Origin: Escherichia coli
GTDB taxonomy: Bacteria > Pseudomonadota > Gammaproteobacteria > Enterobacterales > Enterobacteriaceae
Direction: 5' to 3' (one strand)
DNA: 64,000 nucleotides
Assembly (NCBI RefSeq): GCF_036507355.1
Contig: NZ_AP027877.1
Below, piece after piece: positions 45,555 through 58,961 of the stretch (within the stretch, counting starts at the first letter, position 1; every line of letters begins with the position of its first letter). Position numbers and translations under genes: made by a program. The notes beneath the pieces are model-generated. The model had not been told where the DNA came from and made no database searches. It saw nothing but the letters and a program-made list of their open reading frames with translations.

Positions 45555-48137
45555 ATGCAAGAGCAATACCGCCCGGAAGAGATAGAATCCAAAGTACAGC
45601 TTCATTGGGATGAGAAGCGCACATTTGAAGTAACCGAAGACGAGAGCAAAGAGAAGTATTACTGCCTGTCTATGCTTCCCTATCCTTCTGGTCGACTACA
45701 CATGGGCCACGTACGTAACTACACCATCGGTGACGTGATCGCCCGCTACCAGCGTATGCTGGGCAAAAACGTCCTGCAGCCGATCGGCTGGGACGCCTTT
45801 GGTCTGCCTGCGGAAGGCGCGGCGGTGAAAAACAACACCGCACCGGCACCGTGGACGTACGACAACATCGCGTATATGAAAAACCAGCTCAAAATGCTGG
45901 GCTTTGGTTATGACTGGAGCCGCGAGCTGGCAACCTGTACGCCGGAATACTACCGTTGGGAACAGAAATTCTTCACCGAGCTGTATAAAAAAGGCCTGGT
46001 ATATAAAAAGACTTCTGCGGTCAACTGGTGCCCGAACGACCAGACCGTACTAGCGAACGAACAAGTTATCGACGGCTGCTGCTGGCGCTGCGATACCAAA
46101 GTTGAACGTAAAGAGATCCCGCAGTGGTTTATCAAAATCACCGCTTACGCTGACGAGCTGCTCAACGATCTGGATAAACTGGATCACTGGCCAGACACCG
46201 TTAAAACCATGCAGCGTAACTGGATCGGTCGTTCCGAAGGCGTGGAGATCACCTTCAACGTTAACGACTATGACAACACGCTGACCGTTTACACTACCCG
46301 CCCGGACACCTTTATGGGTTGTACCTACCTGGCGGTAGCTGCGGGTCATCCGCTGGCGCAGAAAGCGGCGGAAAATAATCCTGAACTGGCGGCCTTTATT
46401 GACGAATGCCGTAACACCAAAGTTGCCGAAGCTGAAATGGCGACGATGGAGAAAAAAGGCGTCGATACTGGCTTTAAAGCGGTTCACCCATTAACGGGCG
46501 AAGAAATTCCCGTTTGGGCAGCAAACTTCGTATTGATGGAGTACGGCACGGGCGCAGTTATGGCGGTTCCGGGGCACGACCAGCGCGACTACGAGTTTGC
46601 CTCTAAATACGGCCTGAACATCAAACCGGTTATCCTGGCAGCTGACGGCTCTGAGCCAGATCTTTCTCAGCAAGCCCTGACTGAAAAAGGCGTGCTGTTC
46701 AACTCTGGCGAGTTCAACGGTCTTGACCATGAAGCGGCCTTCAACGCCATCGCCGATAAACTGACTGCGATGGGCGTTGGCGAGCGTAAAGTGAACTACC
46801 GCCTGCGCGACTGGGGTGTTTCTCGTCAGCGTTACTGGGGCGCGCCGATTCCGATGGTGACGCTGGAAGACGGTACCGTAATGCCGACCCCGGACGACCA
46901 GCTGCCGGTGATCCTGCCGGAAGATGTGGTGATGGACGGCATTACCAGCCCGATTAAAGCAGATCCGGAGTGGGCAAAAACTACCGTTAACGGTATGCCA
47001 GCGCTGCGTGAAACCGACACTTTCGACACCTTTATGGAGTCCTCCTGGTACTATGCGCGCTACACTTGCCCAGAGTACAAAGAAGGTATGCTGGATTCCG
47101 AAGCGGCTAACTACTGGCTGCCGGTGGATATCTACATTGGTGGTATTGAACACGCCATTATGCACCTGCTCTACTTCCGCTTCTTCCACAAACTGATGCG
47201 TGATGCAGGCATGGTGAACTCTGACGAACCAGCGAAACAGTTGCTGTGTCAGGGTATGGTGCTGGCAGATGCCTTCTACTATGTTGGCGAAAACGGCGAA
47301 CGTAACTGGGTTTCCCCGGTTGATGCTATCGTTGAACGTGACGAGAAAGGCCGTATCGTGAAAGCGAAAGATGCGGCAGGCCATGAACTGGTTTATACCG
47401 GCATGAGCAAAATGTCCAAGTCGAAGAACAACGGTATCGACCCGCAGGTGATGGTTGAACGTTACGGCGCGGACACCGTTCGTCTGTTTATGATGTTTGC
47501 TTCTCCGGCTGATATGACTCTCGAATGGCAGGAATCCGGCGTGGAAGGGGCTAACCGCTTCCTGAAACGTGTCTGGAAACTGGTTTACGAGCACACAGCA
47601 AAAGGTGATGTTGCGGCACTGAACGTTGATGCGCTGACTGAAGATCAGAAAGCGCTGCGTCGCGATGTGCATAAAACGATCGCTAAAGTGACCGATGATA
47701 TCGGCCGTCGTCAGACCTTCAACACCGCAATTGCGGCGATTATGGAGCTGATGAACAAACTGGCGAAAGCACCGACCGATGGCGAGCAGGATCGCGCTCT
47801 GATGCAGGAAGCACTGCTGGCCGTTGTCCGTATGCTTAACCCGTTCACCCCGCACATTTGCTTCACGCTGTGGCAGGAACTGAAAGGCGAAGGCGATATC
47901 GACAACGCGCCGTGGCCGGTTGCTGACGAAAAAGCGATGGTGGAAGACTCCACGCTGGTCGTGGTGCAGGTTAACGGTAAAGTCCGTGCCAAAATCACCG
48001 TTCCGGTGGACGCAACGGAAGAACAGGTTCGCGAACGTGCTGGCCAGGAACATCTGGTAGCAAAATATCTTGATGGCGTTACTGTACGTAAAGTGATTTA
48101 CGTACCAGGTAAACTCCTCAATCTGGTCGTTGGCTAA
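45555..48137 (+). CDS. leuS: Leucyl-tRNA synthetase (860 aa)
   Basis: ORF 45531..48137; ATG at 45555 gives [15 protein letters not shown]...; class I HMGH and KMSKS motifs. Confidence 0.97.
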
Positions 48138-48151
48138 GCGCGGGAGGAAGC

Positions 48152-48733
48152 GTGCGATATCTGGCAACATTGTTGTTATCTCTGGCGGTGTTAATCACCG
48201 CCGGATGTGGCTGGCATCTGCGTGATACCACGCAGGTTCCTTCCACTATGAAGGTCATGATCCTGGACTCAGGCGATCCGAACGGGCCGTTAAGCCGTGC
48301 GGTGCGTAACCAGTTACGTCTGAATGGTGTCGAGTTGCTTGATAAAGAAACCACGCGTAAGGACGTTCCATCCCTGCGTTTGGGTAAAGTGAGCATCGCG
48401 AAAGATACCGCATCGGTATTCCGTAACGGTCAAACAGCAGAGTATCAGATGATCATGACGGTGAATGCGACCGTGTTGATCCCCGGCCGTGATATCTACC
48501 CGATTAGCGCCAAAGTCTTCCGTTCGTTCTTTGATAACCCGCAAATGGCGTTAGCGAAAGATAACGAACAAGACATGATCGTAAAAGAGATGTACGACCG
48601 TGCTGCCGAACAGCTGATTCGTAAGCTGCCAAGCATCCGTGCTGCGGATATTCGTTCCGACGAAGAACAGACGTCGACCACAACGGATACTCCGGCAACG
48701 CCTGCACGCGTCTCCACCACGCTGGGTAACTGA
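48152..48733 (+). CDS. lptE: LPS-assembly lipoprotein LptE/RlpB (193 aa), GTG start
   Basis: ORF 48152..48733; lipobox LITAGC-G; immediately downstream of leuS. Confidence 0.93.
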
Positions 48734-49764
48734 TGATTCGGTTGTACCCGGAACAACTCCGCGCGCAGCTCAATGAAGGGCTGCGCGCGGCGTATCTTTT
48801 ACTTGGTAACGATCCTCTGTTATTGCAGGAAAGCCAGGACGCTGTTCGTCAGGTAGCTGCGGCACAAGGATTCGAAGAACACCACACTTTTTCCATTGAT
48901 CCCAACACTGACTGGAATGCGATCTTTTCGTTATGCCAGGCTATGAGTCTGTTTGCCAGTCGACAAACGCTATTGCTGTTGTTACCAGAAAACGGACCGA
49001 ATGCGGCGATCAATGAACAACTTCTCACACTCACCGGACTTCTGCATGACGACCTGCTGTTGATCGTCCGCGGTAATAAATTAAGCAAAGCGCAAGAAAA
49101 TGCCGCCTGGTTTACTGCTCTTGCGAATCGCAGCGTGCAGGTGACCTGTCAGACACCGGAGCAGGCTCAGCTTCCCCGCTGGGTTGCTGCGCGCGCAAAA
49201 CAGCTCAACTTAGAACTGGATGACGCTGCAAATCAGGTGCTCTGCTACTGTTATGAAGGTAACCTGCTGGCGCTGGCTCAGGCACTGGAGCGTTTATCGC
49301 TGCTCTGGCCAGACGGCAAACTGACATTACCGCGCGTTGAACAGGCGGTGAATGATGCCGCGCATTTCACCCCTTTTCATTGGGTTGATGCTTTGTTGAT
49401 GGGAAAAAGTAAGCGCGCGTTGCATATTCTTCAGCAACTGCGTCTGGAAGGCAGCGAGCCGGTTATTTTGTTGCGCACATTACAACGTGAACTGTTGTTA
49501 CTGGTTAACCTGAAACGCCAGTCTGCCCATACGCCACTGCGTGCGTTGTTTGATAAGCATCGGGTATGGCAGAACCGCCGGGGCATGATGGGCGAAGCGT
49601 TAAATCGCTTAAGTCAGCCGCAGTTACGTCAGGCCGTGCAACTCCTGACACGAACGGAACTCACCCTCAAACAAGATTACGGTCAGTCAGTGTGGGCAGA
49701 GCTGGAAGGGTTATCTCTTCTGTTGTGCCATAAACCCCTGGCGGACGTATTTATCGACGGTTGA
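48733..49764 (+). CDS. holA: DNA polymerase III delta subunit HolA (343 aa)
   Basis: ORF 48733..49764; 1-nt overlap with lptE (TGATG); conserved leuS-lptE-holA-nadD order. Confidence 0.94.
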   Translation: MIRLYPEQLRAQLNEGLRAAYLLLGNDPLLLQESQDAVRQVAAAQGFEEHHTFSIDPNTDWNAIFSLCQAMSLFASRQTLLLLLPENGPNAAINEQLLTLTGLLHDDLLLIVRGNKLSKAQENAAWFTALANRSVQVTCQTPEQAQLPRWVAARAKQLNLELDDAANQVLCYCYEGNLLALAQALERLSLLWPDGKLTLPRVEQAVNDAAHFTPFHWVDALLMGKSKRALHILQQLRLEGSEPVILLRTLQRELLLLVNLKRQSAHTPLRALFDKHRVWQNRRGMMGEALNRLSQPQLRQAVQLLTRTELTLKQDYGQSVWAELEGLSLLLCHKPLADVFIDG

Positions 49765-49765
49765 T

Positions 49766-50407
49766 ATGAAATCTTTACAGGCTCTGTTTGGCGGCACCTT
49801 TGATCCGGTGCACTATGGTCATCTAAAACCCGTGGAAACGCTGGCGAATTTGATTGGTCTGACGCGGGTCACAATAATCCCTAATAATGTTCCTCCGCAT
49901 CGTCCCCAGCCGGAAGCGAACAGCGTGCAGCGTAAACACATGCTTGAACTGGCGATTGCCGACAAGCCATTATTTACTCTTGATAAACGCGAGCTAAAGC
50001 GCAATGCCCCCTCTTACACTGCGCAAACACTGAAAGAGTGGCGGCAGGAACAAGGACCGGACGTGCCGCTGGCGTTTATTATTGGTCAGGATTCATTGCT
50101 GACCTTTCCGACCTGGTACGAATACGAAACGATACTCGACAATGCACATTTGATCGTCTGTCGGCGTCCAGGTTACCCACTTGAAATGGCGCAACCGCAA
50201 TACCAGCAATGGCTGGAAGATCATTTGACACATAACCCGGAAGATCTTCACCTTCAGCCTGCAGGTAAAATTTATCTGGCTGAAACGCCGTGGTTTAACA
50301 TCTCGGCGACCATCATCCGCGAACGTTTGCAAAACGGTGAATCGTGTGAGGATTTATTGCCGGAACCGGTATTGACTTACATTAACCAACAAGGCTTGTA
50401 TCGCTGA
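49766..50407 (+). CDS. nadD: Nicotinate-mononucleotide adenylyltransferase NadD (213 aa)
   Basis: ORF 49766..50407; nucleotidyltransferase motif [11 protein letters not shown]. Confidence 0.96.
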   Translation: MKSLQALFGGTFDPVHYGHLKPVETLANLIGLTRVTIIPNNVPPHRPQPEANSVQRKHMLELAIADKPLFTLDKRELKRNAPSYTAQTLKEWRQEQGPDVPLAFIIGQDSLLTFPTWYEYETILDNAHLIVCRRPGYPLEMAQPQYQQWLEDHLTHNPEDLHLQPAGKIYLAETPWFNISATIIRERLQNGESCEDLLPEPVLTYINQQGLYR

Positions 50408-50430
50408 TACCTGTCGTTACGGAGGGCATG

Positions 50431-51042
50431 ATGCGACTGTGGTTAATTCGTCATGGCGAAACACAAGCGAATGTCGATGGTCTGTACAGCGGTCATGCGC
50501 CCACCCCCCTGACCGCACGCGGTATTGAGCAAGCGCAAAATCTGCATACACTGCTAGATGATGTTTCCTTTGACCTGGTTTTATGCAGTGAACTGGAACG
50601 GGCACAGCATACCGCGCGACTGGTTCTCAGTGACCGCCAGCTCCCCGTTCATATCATCCCTGAACTCAACGAAATGTTTTTTGGCGACTGGGAGATGCGA
50701 CATCATCGCGACCTCATGCAAGAAGATGCCGAAAACTATAGCGCGTGGTGCAATGACTGGCAGCATGCTATCCCCACGAACGGTGAAGGATTTCAGGCAT
50801 TTTCGCAACGTGTGGAACGCTTTATCGCAAGGCTTAGTGAATATCAGCACTATCAGAATATTTTAATCGTCAGCCATCAGGGCGTACTGAGTCTGTTAAT
50901 TGCTCGTTTAATTGGCATGCCTGCCGAGTCTATGTGGCATTTTCGCGTTGACCAGGGGTGTTGGAGCGCCATTGATATCAACCAAAAATTCGCGACGCTA
51001 CGCGTCCTCAATAGCCGTGCCATCGGGGTCGAGAATGCATGA
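50431..51042 (+). CDS. cobC: Histidine-phosphatase-family alpha-ribazole phosphatase CobC/PhpB (203 aa)
   Basis: ORF 50428..51042; second ATG (50431) has better SD spacing; RHGETQAN catalytic motif. Confidence 0.9.
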   Translation: MRLWLIRHGETQANVDGLYSGHAPTPLTARGIEQAQNLHTLLDDVSFDLVLCSELERAQHTARLVLSDRQLPVHIIPELNEMFFGDWEMRHHRDLMQEDAENYSAWCNDWQHAIPTNGEGFQAFSQRVERFIARLSEYQHYQNILIVSHQGVLSLLIARLIGMPAESMWHFRVDQGCWSAIDINQKFATLRVLNSRAIGVENA

Positions 51043-51283
51043 CTTTTCTGTTTTTTTACGGGTAAGCCGCAACGACCATTGACAGCCCCGGGCAGGCTGA
51101 TATTCTCCGCAGCCAGACTTTTTCCGCCAGACACGACTTTGTAGAAATTGTTTTACAAAAATGGCGATGCAATCTGCGGCGCGGGGTGGGATGATAGCCC
51201 ACTTTCGAAAGCCGATTCGGCGACAATTGTCCCGAAATCGCCTCTGGTTCAGGTATACTGACAGACCATTTTTATCTATTTGA

Positions 51284-51619
<336 letters not shown>

Positions 51620-51622
51620 TGC

Positions 51623-52090
51623 GTGAAGCTGCAACTTGTCGCCGTGGGAACGAAAATGCCGGACTGGGTACAAACCGGTTTTACCGAGTACCTGCGTCGT
51701 TTTCCAAAAGATATGCCCTTCGAGCTGATTGAAATTCCGGCCGGAAAACGCGGCAAGAATGCGGACATCAAGCGCATACTCGACAAAGAGGGTGAGCAGA
51801 TGTTGGCGGCCGCAGGCAAAAACCGCATTGTCACCCTCGATATTCCAGGCAAGCCCTGGGATACGCCGCAGTTAGCCGCTGAGCTGGAACGCTGGAAGCT
51901 GGATGGTCGCGACGTCAGTCTACTGATTGGCGGGCCTGAAGGGTTGTCGCCTGCCTGTAAAGCGGCGGCTGAGCAGAGCTGGTCGCTGTCGGCGCTTACC
52001 CTCCCCCATCCGCTGGTTCGCGTGCTGGTCGCAGAGAGTCTGTACCGGGCGTGGAGCATCACCACCAACCATCCTTATCACCGTGAGTGA
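51623..52090 (+). CDS. rlmH: 23S rRNA m3-pseudouridine-1915 methyltransferase RlmH/YbeA (155 aa), GTG start
   Basis: ORF 51623..52090; SPOUT-family methyltransferase. Confidence 0.93.
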
Positions 52091-52120
52091 TAAGGGAGCT
52101 TTGAGTAGAAAACGCAGCGG

Positions 52121-54022
52121 ATGAAACTACAGAACTCTTTTCGCGACTATACGGCAGAGTCCGCGCTGTTTGTGCGCCGGGCGCTGGTCGCCTTTTTGGG
52201 GATTTTGCTGCTGACCGGCGTGCTTATCGCCAACCTGTATAATCTGCAAATTGTTCGCTTTACCGATTACCAGACCCGCTCTAATGAAAACCGCATTAAG
52301 CTGGTGCCTATCGCGCCCAGCCGCGGCATTATCTACGACCGTAATGGTATCCCTCTGGCTCTCAACCGCACTATCTACCAGATAGAAATGATGCCGGAGA
52401 AAGTCGATAACGTGCAGCAAACGCTGGACGCTTTGCGCAGCGTGGTTGATCTGACCGATGACGATATTGCTGCATTCCGAAAAGAGCGCGCACGTTCACA
52501 CCGTTTCACCTCCATTCCGGTGAAAACTAACCTGACCGAAGTACAAGTAGCTCGCTTTGCCGTCAATCAGTACCGTTTTCCGGGCGTCGAAGTTAAAGGC
52601 TATAAACGTCGTTACTATCCTTACGGTTCGGCGTTGACCCACGTCATCGGCTATGTGTCGAAAATCAACGATAAAGACGTCGAACGCCTGAATAATGACG
52701 GCAAACTGGCCAACTATGCGGCAACGCATGATATCGGTAAGCTGGGCATTGAGCGTTACTATGAAGACGTGCTGCATGGTCAGACCGGTTATGAAGAGGT
52801 TGAAGTTAACAACCGTGGGCGTGTTATCCGCCAGTTAAAAGAAGTACCACCGCAAGCCGGACACGATATTTACCTGACGCTGGATCTCAAACTCCAGCAA
52901 TATATTGAAACGCTGCTGGCGGGTAGCCGCGCAGCTGTGGTAGTCACCGATCCGCGTACAGGTGGGGTGCTGGCGCTGGTTTCCACGCCTAGTTATGACC
53001 CAAACCTGTTTGTTGACGGTATCTCCAGCAAAGATTATTCCGCCTTGCTGAACGACCCGAATACACCGCTGGTGAACCGCGCCACACAGGGGGTTTATCC
53101 TCCCGCGTCTACAGTTAAACCCTATGTGGCGGTTTCGGCATTGAGCGCCGGGGTGATCACGCGCAATACGACGCTGTTTGACCCAGGCTGGTGGCAACTG
53201 CCAGGTTCGGAAAAACGTTATCGTGACTGGAAAAAATGGGGCCACGGGCGTCTGAATGTCACAAGATCGCTGGAAGAATCTGCGGATACCTTCTTCTATC
53301 AGGTGGCCTACGATATGGGGATCGATCGCCTCTCCGAATGGATGGGTAAATTCGGTTATGGTCATTACACCGGTATCGACCTGGCGGAAGAACGTTCCGG
53401 CAACATGCCTACCCGCGAATGGAAACAGAAACGCTTTAAAAAACCGTGGTATCAGGGTGACACCATTCCGGTTGGTATCGGTCAGGGTTACTGGACAGCG
53501 ACCCCAATCCAGATGAGTAAGGCACTGATGATCCTGATTAATGACGGTATCGTGAAGGTTCCGCATTTGCTGATGAGCACCGCCGAAGACGGCAAACAGG
53601 TGCCATGGGTACAACCGCATGAACCGCCCGTCGGCGATATTCATTCCGGTTACTGGGAGCTGGCGAAAGACGGTATGTACGGTGTTGCTAACCGCCCTAA
53701 CGGTACGGCGCATAAATACTTTGCCAGCGCACCGTACAAAATTGCGGCGAAATCTGGTACCGCTCAGGTCTTCGGTCTGAAAGCGAACGAAACCTATAAT
53801 GCGCACAAAATTGCCGAGCGTTTACGTGACCACAAACTGATGACCGCCTTTGCGCCTTACAACAATCCGCAAGTGGCTGTCGCCATGATTCTGGAGAACG
53901 GCGGCGCGGGTCCGGCGGTTGGTACGCTGATGCGCCAGATCCTCGACCACATTATGCTGGGTGATAACAACACCGATCTGCCTGCGGAAAATCCAGCGGT
54001 TGCCGCAGCGGAGGACCATTAA
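52121..54022 (+). CDS. mrdA: Penicillin-binding protein 2, elongasome transpeptidase (633 aa)
   Basis: ORF 52121..54022; N-terminal TM anchor; transpeptidase motifs STVK, SAD, KSGT. Confidence 0.97.
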   Translation: MKLQNSFRDYTAESALFVRRALVAFLGILLLTGVLIANLYNLQIVRFTDYQTRSNENRIKLVPIAPSRGIIYDRNGIPLALNRTIYQIEMMPEKVDNVQQTLDALRSVVDLTDDDIAAFRKERARSHRFTSIPVKTNLTEVQVARFAVNQYRFPGVEVKGYKRRYYPYGSALTHVIGYVSKINDKDVERLNNDGKLANYAATHDIGKLGIERYYEDVLHGQTGYEEVEVNNRGRVIRQLKEVPPQAGHDIYLTLDLKLQQYIETLLAGSRAAVVVTDPRTGGVLALVSTPSYDPNLFVDGISSKDYSALLNDPNTPLVNRATQGVYPPASTVKPYVAVSALSAGVITRNTTLFDPGWWQLPGSEKRYRDWKKWGHGRLNVTRSLEESADTFFYQVAYDMGIDRLSEWMGKFGYGHYTGIDLAEERSGNMPTREWKQKRFKKPWYQGDTIPVGIGQGYWTATPIQMSKALMILINDGIVKVPHLLMSTAEDGKQVPWVQPHEPPVGDIHSGYWELAKDGMYGVANRPNGTAHKYFASAPYKIAAKSGTAQVFGLKANETYNAHKIAERLRDHKLMTAFAPYNNPQVAVAMILENGGAGPAVGTLMRQILDHIMLGDNNTDLPAENPAVAAAEDH

Positions 54023-54024
54023 TC

Positions 54025-55137
54025 ATGACGGATAATCCGAATAAAAAAACATTCTGGGATAAAGTCCATCTCGATCCCACAATGCTGCTGATCTTACTGG
54101 CATTGCTGGTTTACAGCGCCCTGGTTATCTGGAGCGCCAGCGGTCAGGATATTGGCATGATGGAGCGTAAAATAGGCCAAATCGCGATGGGTCTGGTCAT
54201 CATGGTGGTGATGGCGCAAATTCCTCCACGCGTTTATGAAGGCTGGGCCCCCTATCTCTATATCATCTGTATTATTTTGCTGGTGGCGGTAGATGCTTTC
54301 GGTGCCATCTCTAAAGGCGCTCAACGCTGGCTGGACCTCGGTATTGTTCGTTTTCAGCCGTCGGAAATTGCCAAAATAGCCGTACCACTGATGGTTGCGC
54401 GCTTTATCAACCGCGACGTTTGCCCGCCATCGTTGAAGAACACTGGCATCGCTCTGGTGCTGATATTTATGCCCACGCTGCTGGTGGCTGCACAGCCTGA
54501 CCTGGGAACATCAATCCTCGTTGCGCTTTCCGGTCTGTTTGTACTGTTCCTCTCTGGCCTTAGCTGGCGTCTGATTGGCGTCGCAGTAGTGCTGGTGGCG
54601 GCGTTCATTCCGATTCTGTGGTTCTTCCTGATGCATGATTACCAGCGCCAGCGCGTAATGATGCTCCTGGACCCGGAATCAGACCCACTCGGCGCGGGCT
54701 ATCACATTATTCAGTCTAAAATTGCTATTGGCTCCGGCGGATTACGCGGCAAAGGCTGGCTGCACGGCACTCAGTCACAGCTTGAATTTCTCCCCGAACG
54801 CCATACTGACTTTATCTTCGCGGTACTGGCGGAAGAGCTGGGATTAGTGGGCATTCTGATTCTGCTCGCTCTCTACATTCTGCTGATCATGCGCGGGCTG
54901 TGGATAGCCGCCAGAGCGCAAACCACCTTTGGTCGCGTCATGGCTGGTGGCTTAATGCTGATATTATTCGTTTATGTCTTCGTAAATATTGGTATGGTAA
55001 GCGGTATTCTGCCGGTTGTAGGGGTTCCGCTCCCACTGGTCAGTTATGGAGGATCGGCGCTAATTGTGCTGATGGCTGGGTTCGGGATTGTAATGTCAAT
55101 CCACACCCACAGGAAAATGTTGTCGAAAAGCGTGTAA
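54025..55137 (+). CDS. mrdB: SEDS-family peptidoglycan glycosyltransferase RodA (370 aa)
   Basis: ORF 54025..55137; polytopic FtsW/RodA fold. Confidence 0.97.
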   Translation: MTDNPNKKTFWDKVHLDPTMLLILLALLVYSALVIWSASGQDIGMMERKIGQIAMGLVIMVVMAQIPPRVYEGWAPYLYIICIILLVAVDAFGAISKGAQRWLDLGIVRFQPSEIAKIAVPLMVARFINRDVCPPSLKNTGIALVLIFMPTLLVAAQPDLGTSILVALSGLFVLFLSGLSWRLIGVAVVLVAAFIPILWFFLMHDYQRQRVMMLLDPESDPLGAGYHIIQSKIAIGSGGLRGKGWLHGTQSQLEFLPERHTDFIFAVLAEELGLVGILILLALYILLIMRGLWIAARAQTTFGRVMAGGLMLILFVYVFVNIGMVSGILPVVGVPLPLVSYGGSALIVLMAGFGIVMSIHTHRKMLSKSV

Positions 55138-55147
55138 GAGGTGCGCA

Positions 55148-56236
55148 ATGCGTAAGCAGTGGCTCGGGATCTGCATCGCGGCAGGAATGCTCGCGGCATG
55201 TACAAGCGATGATGGTCAGCAACAGACGGTAAGTGTACCGCAGCCTGCGGTATGTAACGGCCCCATAGTTGAAATTAGCGGGGCGGACCCGCGTTTCGAA
55301 CCACTGAACGCGACGGCAAATCAGGATTACCAGCGCGACGGTAAAAGCTACAAAATCGTGCAGGATCCGTCTCGATTTAGCCAGGCGGGACTGGCGGCAA
55401 TCTATGATGCCGAACCCGGCAGTAACCTGACGGCCTCTGGCGAAGCTTTCGATCCGACACAGCTGACGGCGGCCCATCCAACGCTTCCGATCCCCAGCTA
55501 CGCCAGAATCACTAACCTGGCTAACGGGCGCATGATCGTGGTGCGCATTAATGATCGCGGTCCTTACGGCAACGACCGCGTTATTTCGCTTTCTCGCGCA
55601 GCAGCTGACCGTCTTAACACGTCAAACAACACCAAAGTTCGTATCGATCCGATTATTGTCGCCCAGGATGGTTCGCTTTCTGGTCCTGGTATGGCTTGTA
55701 CCACAGTCGCCAAACAGACTTACGCCCTGCCTGCACCTCCCGATTTAAGCGGCGGCGCAGGAACAAGTTCAGTGTCAGGCCCGCAGGGTGACATTCTTCC
55801 GGTCAGTAATTCGACGCTAAAAAGCGAAGATCCGACCGGCGCGCCGGTAACCAGCAGCGGTTTCCTCGGCGCACCAACGACCTTAGCGCCAGGTGTACTG
55901 GAAGGCAGCGAACCGACGCCTGCTCCACAGCCCGTTGTTACAGCTCCGTCGACAACGCCTGCAACCTCGCCTGCAATGGTGACACCGCAAGCAGCCTCGC
56001 AAAGCGCCAGCGGCAACTTTATGGTGCAGGTCGGGGCCGTTAGCGATCAGGCTCGTGCGCAACAGTACCAACAGCAACTGGGACAGAAGTTCGGCGTCCC
56101 CGGTCGCGTAACTCAAAATGGCGCAGTCTGGCGGATCCAGCTTGGCCCATTCGCCAGCAAAGCCGAAGCCAGTACCTTGCAGCAACGTTTGCAAACCGAA
56201 GCCCAATTACAGTCATTTATTACCACCGCGCAGTAG
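55148..56236 (+). CDS. rlpA: Septal lytic transglycosylase lipoprotein RlpA (362 aa)
   Basis: ORF 55148..56236; lipobox MLAAC-T, DPBB domain, Pro/Thr/Ala-rich linker, C-terminal SPOR domain. Confidence 0.95.
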   Translation: MRKQWLGICIAAGMLAACTSDDGQQQTVSVPQPAVCNGPIVEISGADPRFEPLNATANQDYQRDGKSYKIVQDPSRFSQAGLAAIYDAEPGSNLTASGEAFDPTQLTAAHPTLPIPSYARITNLANGRMIVVRINDRGPYGNDRVISLSRAAADRLNTSNNTKVRIDPIIVAQDGSLSGPGMACTTVAKQTYALPAPPDLSGGAGTSSVSGPQGDILPVSNSTLKSEDPTGAPVTSSGFLGAPTTLAPGVLEGSEPTPAPQPVVTAPSTTPATSPAMVTPQAASQSASGNFMVQVGAVSDQARAQQYQQQLGQKFGVPGRVTQNGAVWRIQLGPFASKAEASTLQQRLQTEAQLQSFITTAQ

Positions 56237-56375
56237 CGTAAAGCAGGCATCTGATGTGTCAATTTCTGTAAATGACGTTAACAAAGTCACGCGGAAAGTC
56301 AGATGCCTGCCGGTAGTGCATTTGCTATAGTAGGGCACTTTTTTTAATTCCATCACGGATGTCGTAGTTCAGACC

Positions 56376-57587
56376 ATGAATACCATTTTTTCCGCTCGTA
56401 TCATGAAGCGCCTGGCGCTCACCACGGCTCTTTGCACAGCCTTTATCTCTGCTGCACATGCCGATGACCTGAATATCAAAACTATGATCCCGGGTGTACC
56501 GCAGATCGACGCGGAGTCCTACATCCTGATTGACTATAACTCCGGCAAAGTGCTCGCCGAACAGAACGCAGATGTCCGCCGCGATCCTGCCAGCCTGACC
56601 AAAATGATGACCAGTTACGTTATCGGCCAGGCAATGAAAGCCGGTAAATTTAAAGAAACTGATTTAGTCACTATCGGCAACGACGCATGGGCCACCGGTA
56701 ACCCGGTGTTTAAAGGTTCTTCGCTGATGTTCCTCAAACCGGGCATGCAGGTTCCGGTTTCTCAGCTGATCCGCGGTATTAACCTGCAATCGGGTAACGA
56801 TGCTTGTGTCGCCATGGCCGATTTTGCCGCTGGTAGCCAGGACGCTTTTGTTGGCTTGATGAACAGCTACGTTAACGCCCTGGGCCTGAAAAATACCCAC
56901 TTCCAGACGGTACATGGTCTGGATGCTGATGGTCAGTACAGCTCCGCGCGCGATATGGCGCTGATCGGCCAGGCATTGATCCGTGACGTACCGAATGAAT
57001 ACTCGATCTATAAAGAAAAAGAATTTACGTTTAACGGTATTCGCCAGCTGAACCGTAACGGCCTGTTATGGGATAACAGCCTGAATGTCGACGGCATCAA
57101 AACCGGACACACTGACAAAGCAGGTTACAACCTTGTTGCTTCTGCGACTGAAGGCCAGATGCGCTTGATCTCTGCGGTGATGGGCGGACGTACTTTTAAA
57201 GGCCGTGAAGCCGAAAGTAAAAAACTGCTAACCTGGGGCTTCCGTTTCTTCGAAACCGTTAACCCACTGAAAGTAGGTAAAGAGTTCGCCTCTGAACCGG
57301 TTTGGTTTGGTGATTCTGATCGCGCTTCGTTAGGGGTTGATAAAGACGTGTACCTGACCATTCCGCGTGGTCGCATGAAAGATCTGAAAGCCAGCTATGT
57401 GCTGAACAGCAGTGAATTGCATGCGCCGCTGCAAAAGAATCAGGTCGTAGGAACTATCAACTTCCAGCTTGATGGCAAAACAATCGAACAACGCCCGCTG
57501 GTTGTGTTGCAAGAAATCCCGGAAGGTAACTTCTTCGGCAAAATCATTGATTACATTAAATTAATGTTCCATCACTGGTTTGGTTAA
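56376..57587 (+). CDS. dacA: D-alanyl-D-alanine carboxypeptidase PBP5 (403 aa)
   Basis: ORF 56376..57587; signal peptide; SLTK (SxxK), SGN and KTG motifs; C-terminal amphipathic anchor. Confidence 0.97.
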
Positions 57588-57639
57588 AAATCGAACACTT
57601 GAAAGTGTAATTTCCGTCCCCATATACTAAGCATCAGTA

Positions 57640-57675
57640 AAAAACTCCCGCCTTCTGGCGGGAGTTGCTATTTAA
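57640..57675 (+). terminator. Rho-independent terminator after dacA
   Basis: aaaactcccgccttctggcgggagttgctattt. Confidence 0.75.
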
Positions 57676-57696
57676 TTACGTTACGCCGGAGCTGAC

Positions 57697-57960
57697 ATGA
57701 AAACCAAACTTAACGAACTGCTTGAATTCCCTACTCCTTTTACTTACAAAGTTATGGGGCAGGCGTTACCTGAGCTGGTTGATCAGGTGGTTGAAGTGGT
57801 ACAGCGCCATGCGCCAGGTGACTACACCCCAACGGTAAAACCAAGCAGCAAAGGCAACTACCACTCGGTATCTATCACTATCAACGCCACTCATATCGAG
57901 CAGGTTGAAACACTGTATGAAGAACTGGGCAAAATCGATATTGTCCGCATGGTTCTGTAA
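57697..57960 (+). CDS. ybeD: UPF0250 protein YbeD (87 aa)
   Basis: ORF 57697..57960; upstream of lipB. Confidence 0.93.
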
Positions 57961-58060
57961 CTCGCTTCTCCGTTACCCGGCCCCTGGTCGGGTAACTCCC
58001 CTCTCCTCGCTGTGATATACTTTTCCCCCACTTTTACTCATTCTCCACGGAGATGCCGTT

Positions 58061-58702
58061 TTGTATCAGGATAAAATTCTTGTCCGCCAGCTCGGTCTTC
58101 AGCCTTACGAGCCAATCTCCCAAGCTATGCATGAATTCACCGATACCCGCGATGATAGTACCCTTGATGAAATCTGGCTGGTCGAGCACTATCCGGTATT
58201 CACCCAAGGGCAAGCAGGAAAAGCGGAGCACATTTTAATGCCGGGTGATATTCCGGTGATTCAGAGCGATCGCGGTGGGCAGGTGACTTATCACGGGCCG
58301 GGGCAACAGGTGATGTATGTATTGCTTAACCTGAAACGCCGTAAACTCGGTGTGCGTGAACTGGTGACCTTGCTTGAGCAAACAGTGGTGAATACCCTGG
58401 CTGAACTGGGTATAGAAGCGCATCCTCGGGCTGACGCGCCAGGTGTCTATGTTGGGGAAAAGAAAATTTGCTCACTGGGTTTACGTATTCGACGCGGTTG
58501 TTCATTCCACGGTCTGGCATTAAACGTCAATATGGATCTTTCACCATTTTTACGTATTAATCCTTGTGGGTATGCCGGAATGGAAATGGCTAAAATATCA
58601 CAATGGAAACCCGAAGCGACGACTAATAATATTGCACCACGTTTACTGGAAAATATTTTAGCGCTACTAAACAATCCTGACTTCGAATATATTACCGCTT
58701 AA
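58061..58702 (+). CDS. lipB: Octanoyl-ACP:protein octanoyltransferase LipB (213 aa), TTG start
   Basis: ORF 58061..58702; catalytic Cys in KICSLGLR. Confidence 0.95.
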
Positions 58703-58961
58703 TTTCATACCTCAATGGCCCAATTTACACTGGGTCATTACTCATAACACCTGCTAATGCTTTACATCTCCTTCGCGTTTGTATATTTTCTTTATCACTT
58801 GCAGAAATGCGATGCTACGCCTTGCTCCGTAACTCACCCCATTGATTAACTTATTGAAATAGTTGATTATGATGAGCAAAAGCGTTCCGTTCCAATTAGA
58901 CATAAGATTATTGTAATTTTTTTAAATATTATTTTTCCATGAATAAAATTGGAGTAAGTGC

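Noticed and set aside
46491-48170. 559-aa ORF on the minus strand
   Set aside because: Antisense to leuS (HMGH and KMSKS motifs on the plus strand); its translation is low-complexity and Arg/His-rich with no recognisable domain.
52835-53806. 323-aa ORF on the minus strand
   Set aside because: Antisense shadow of mrdA.
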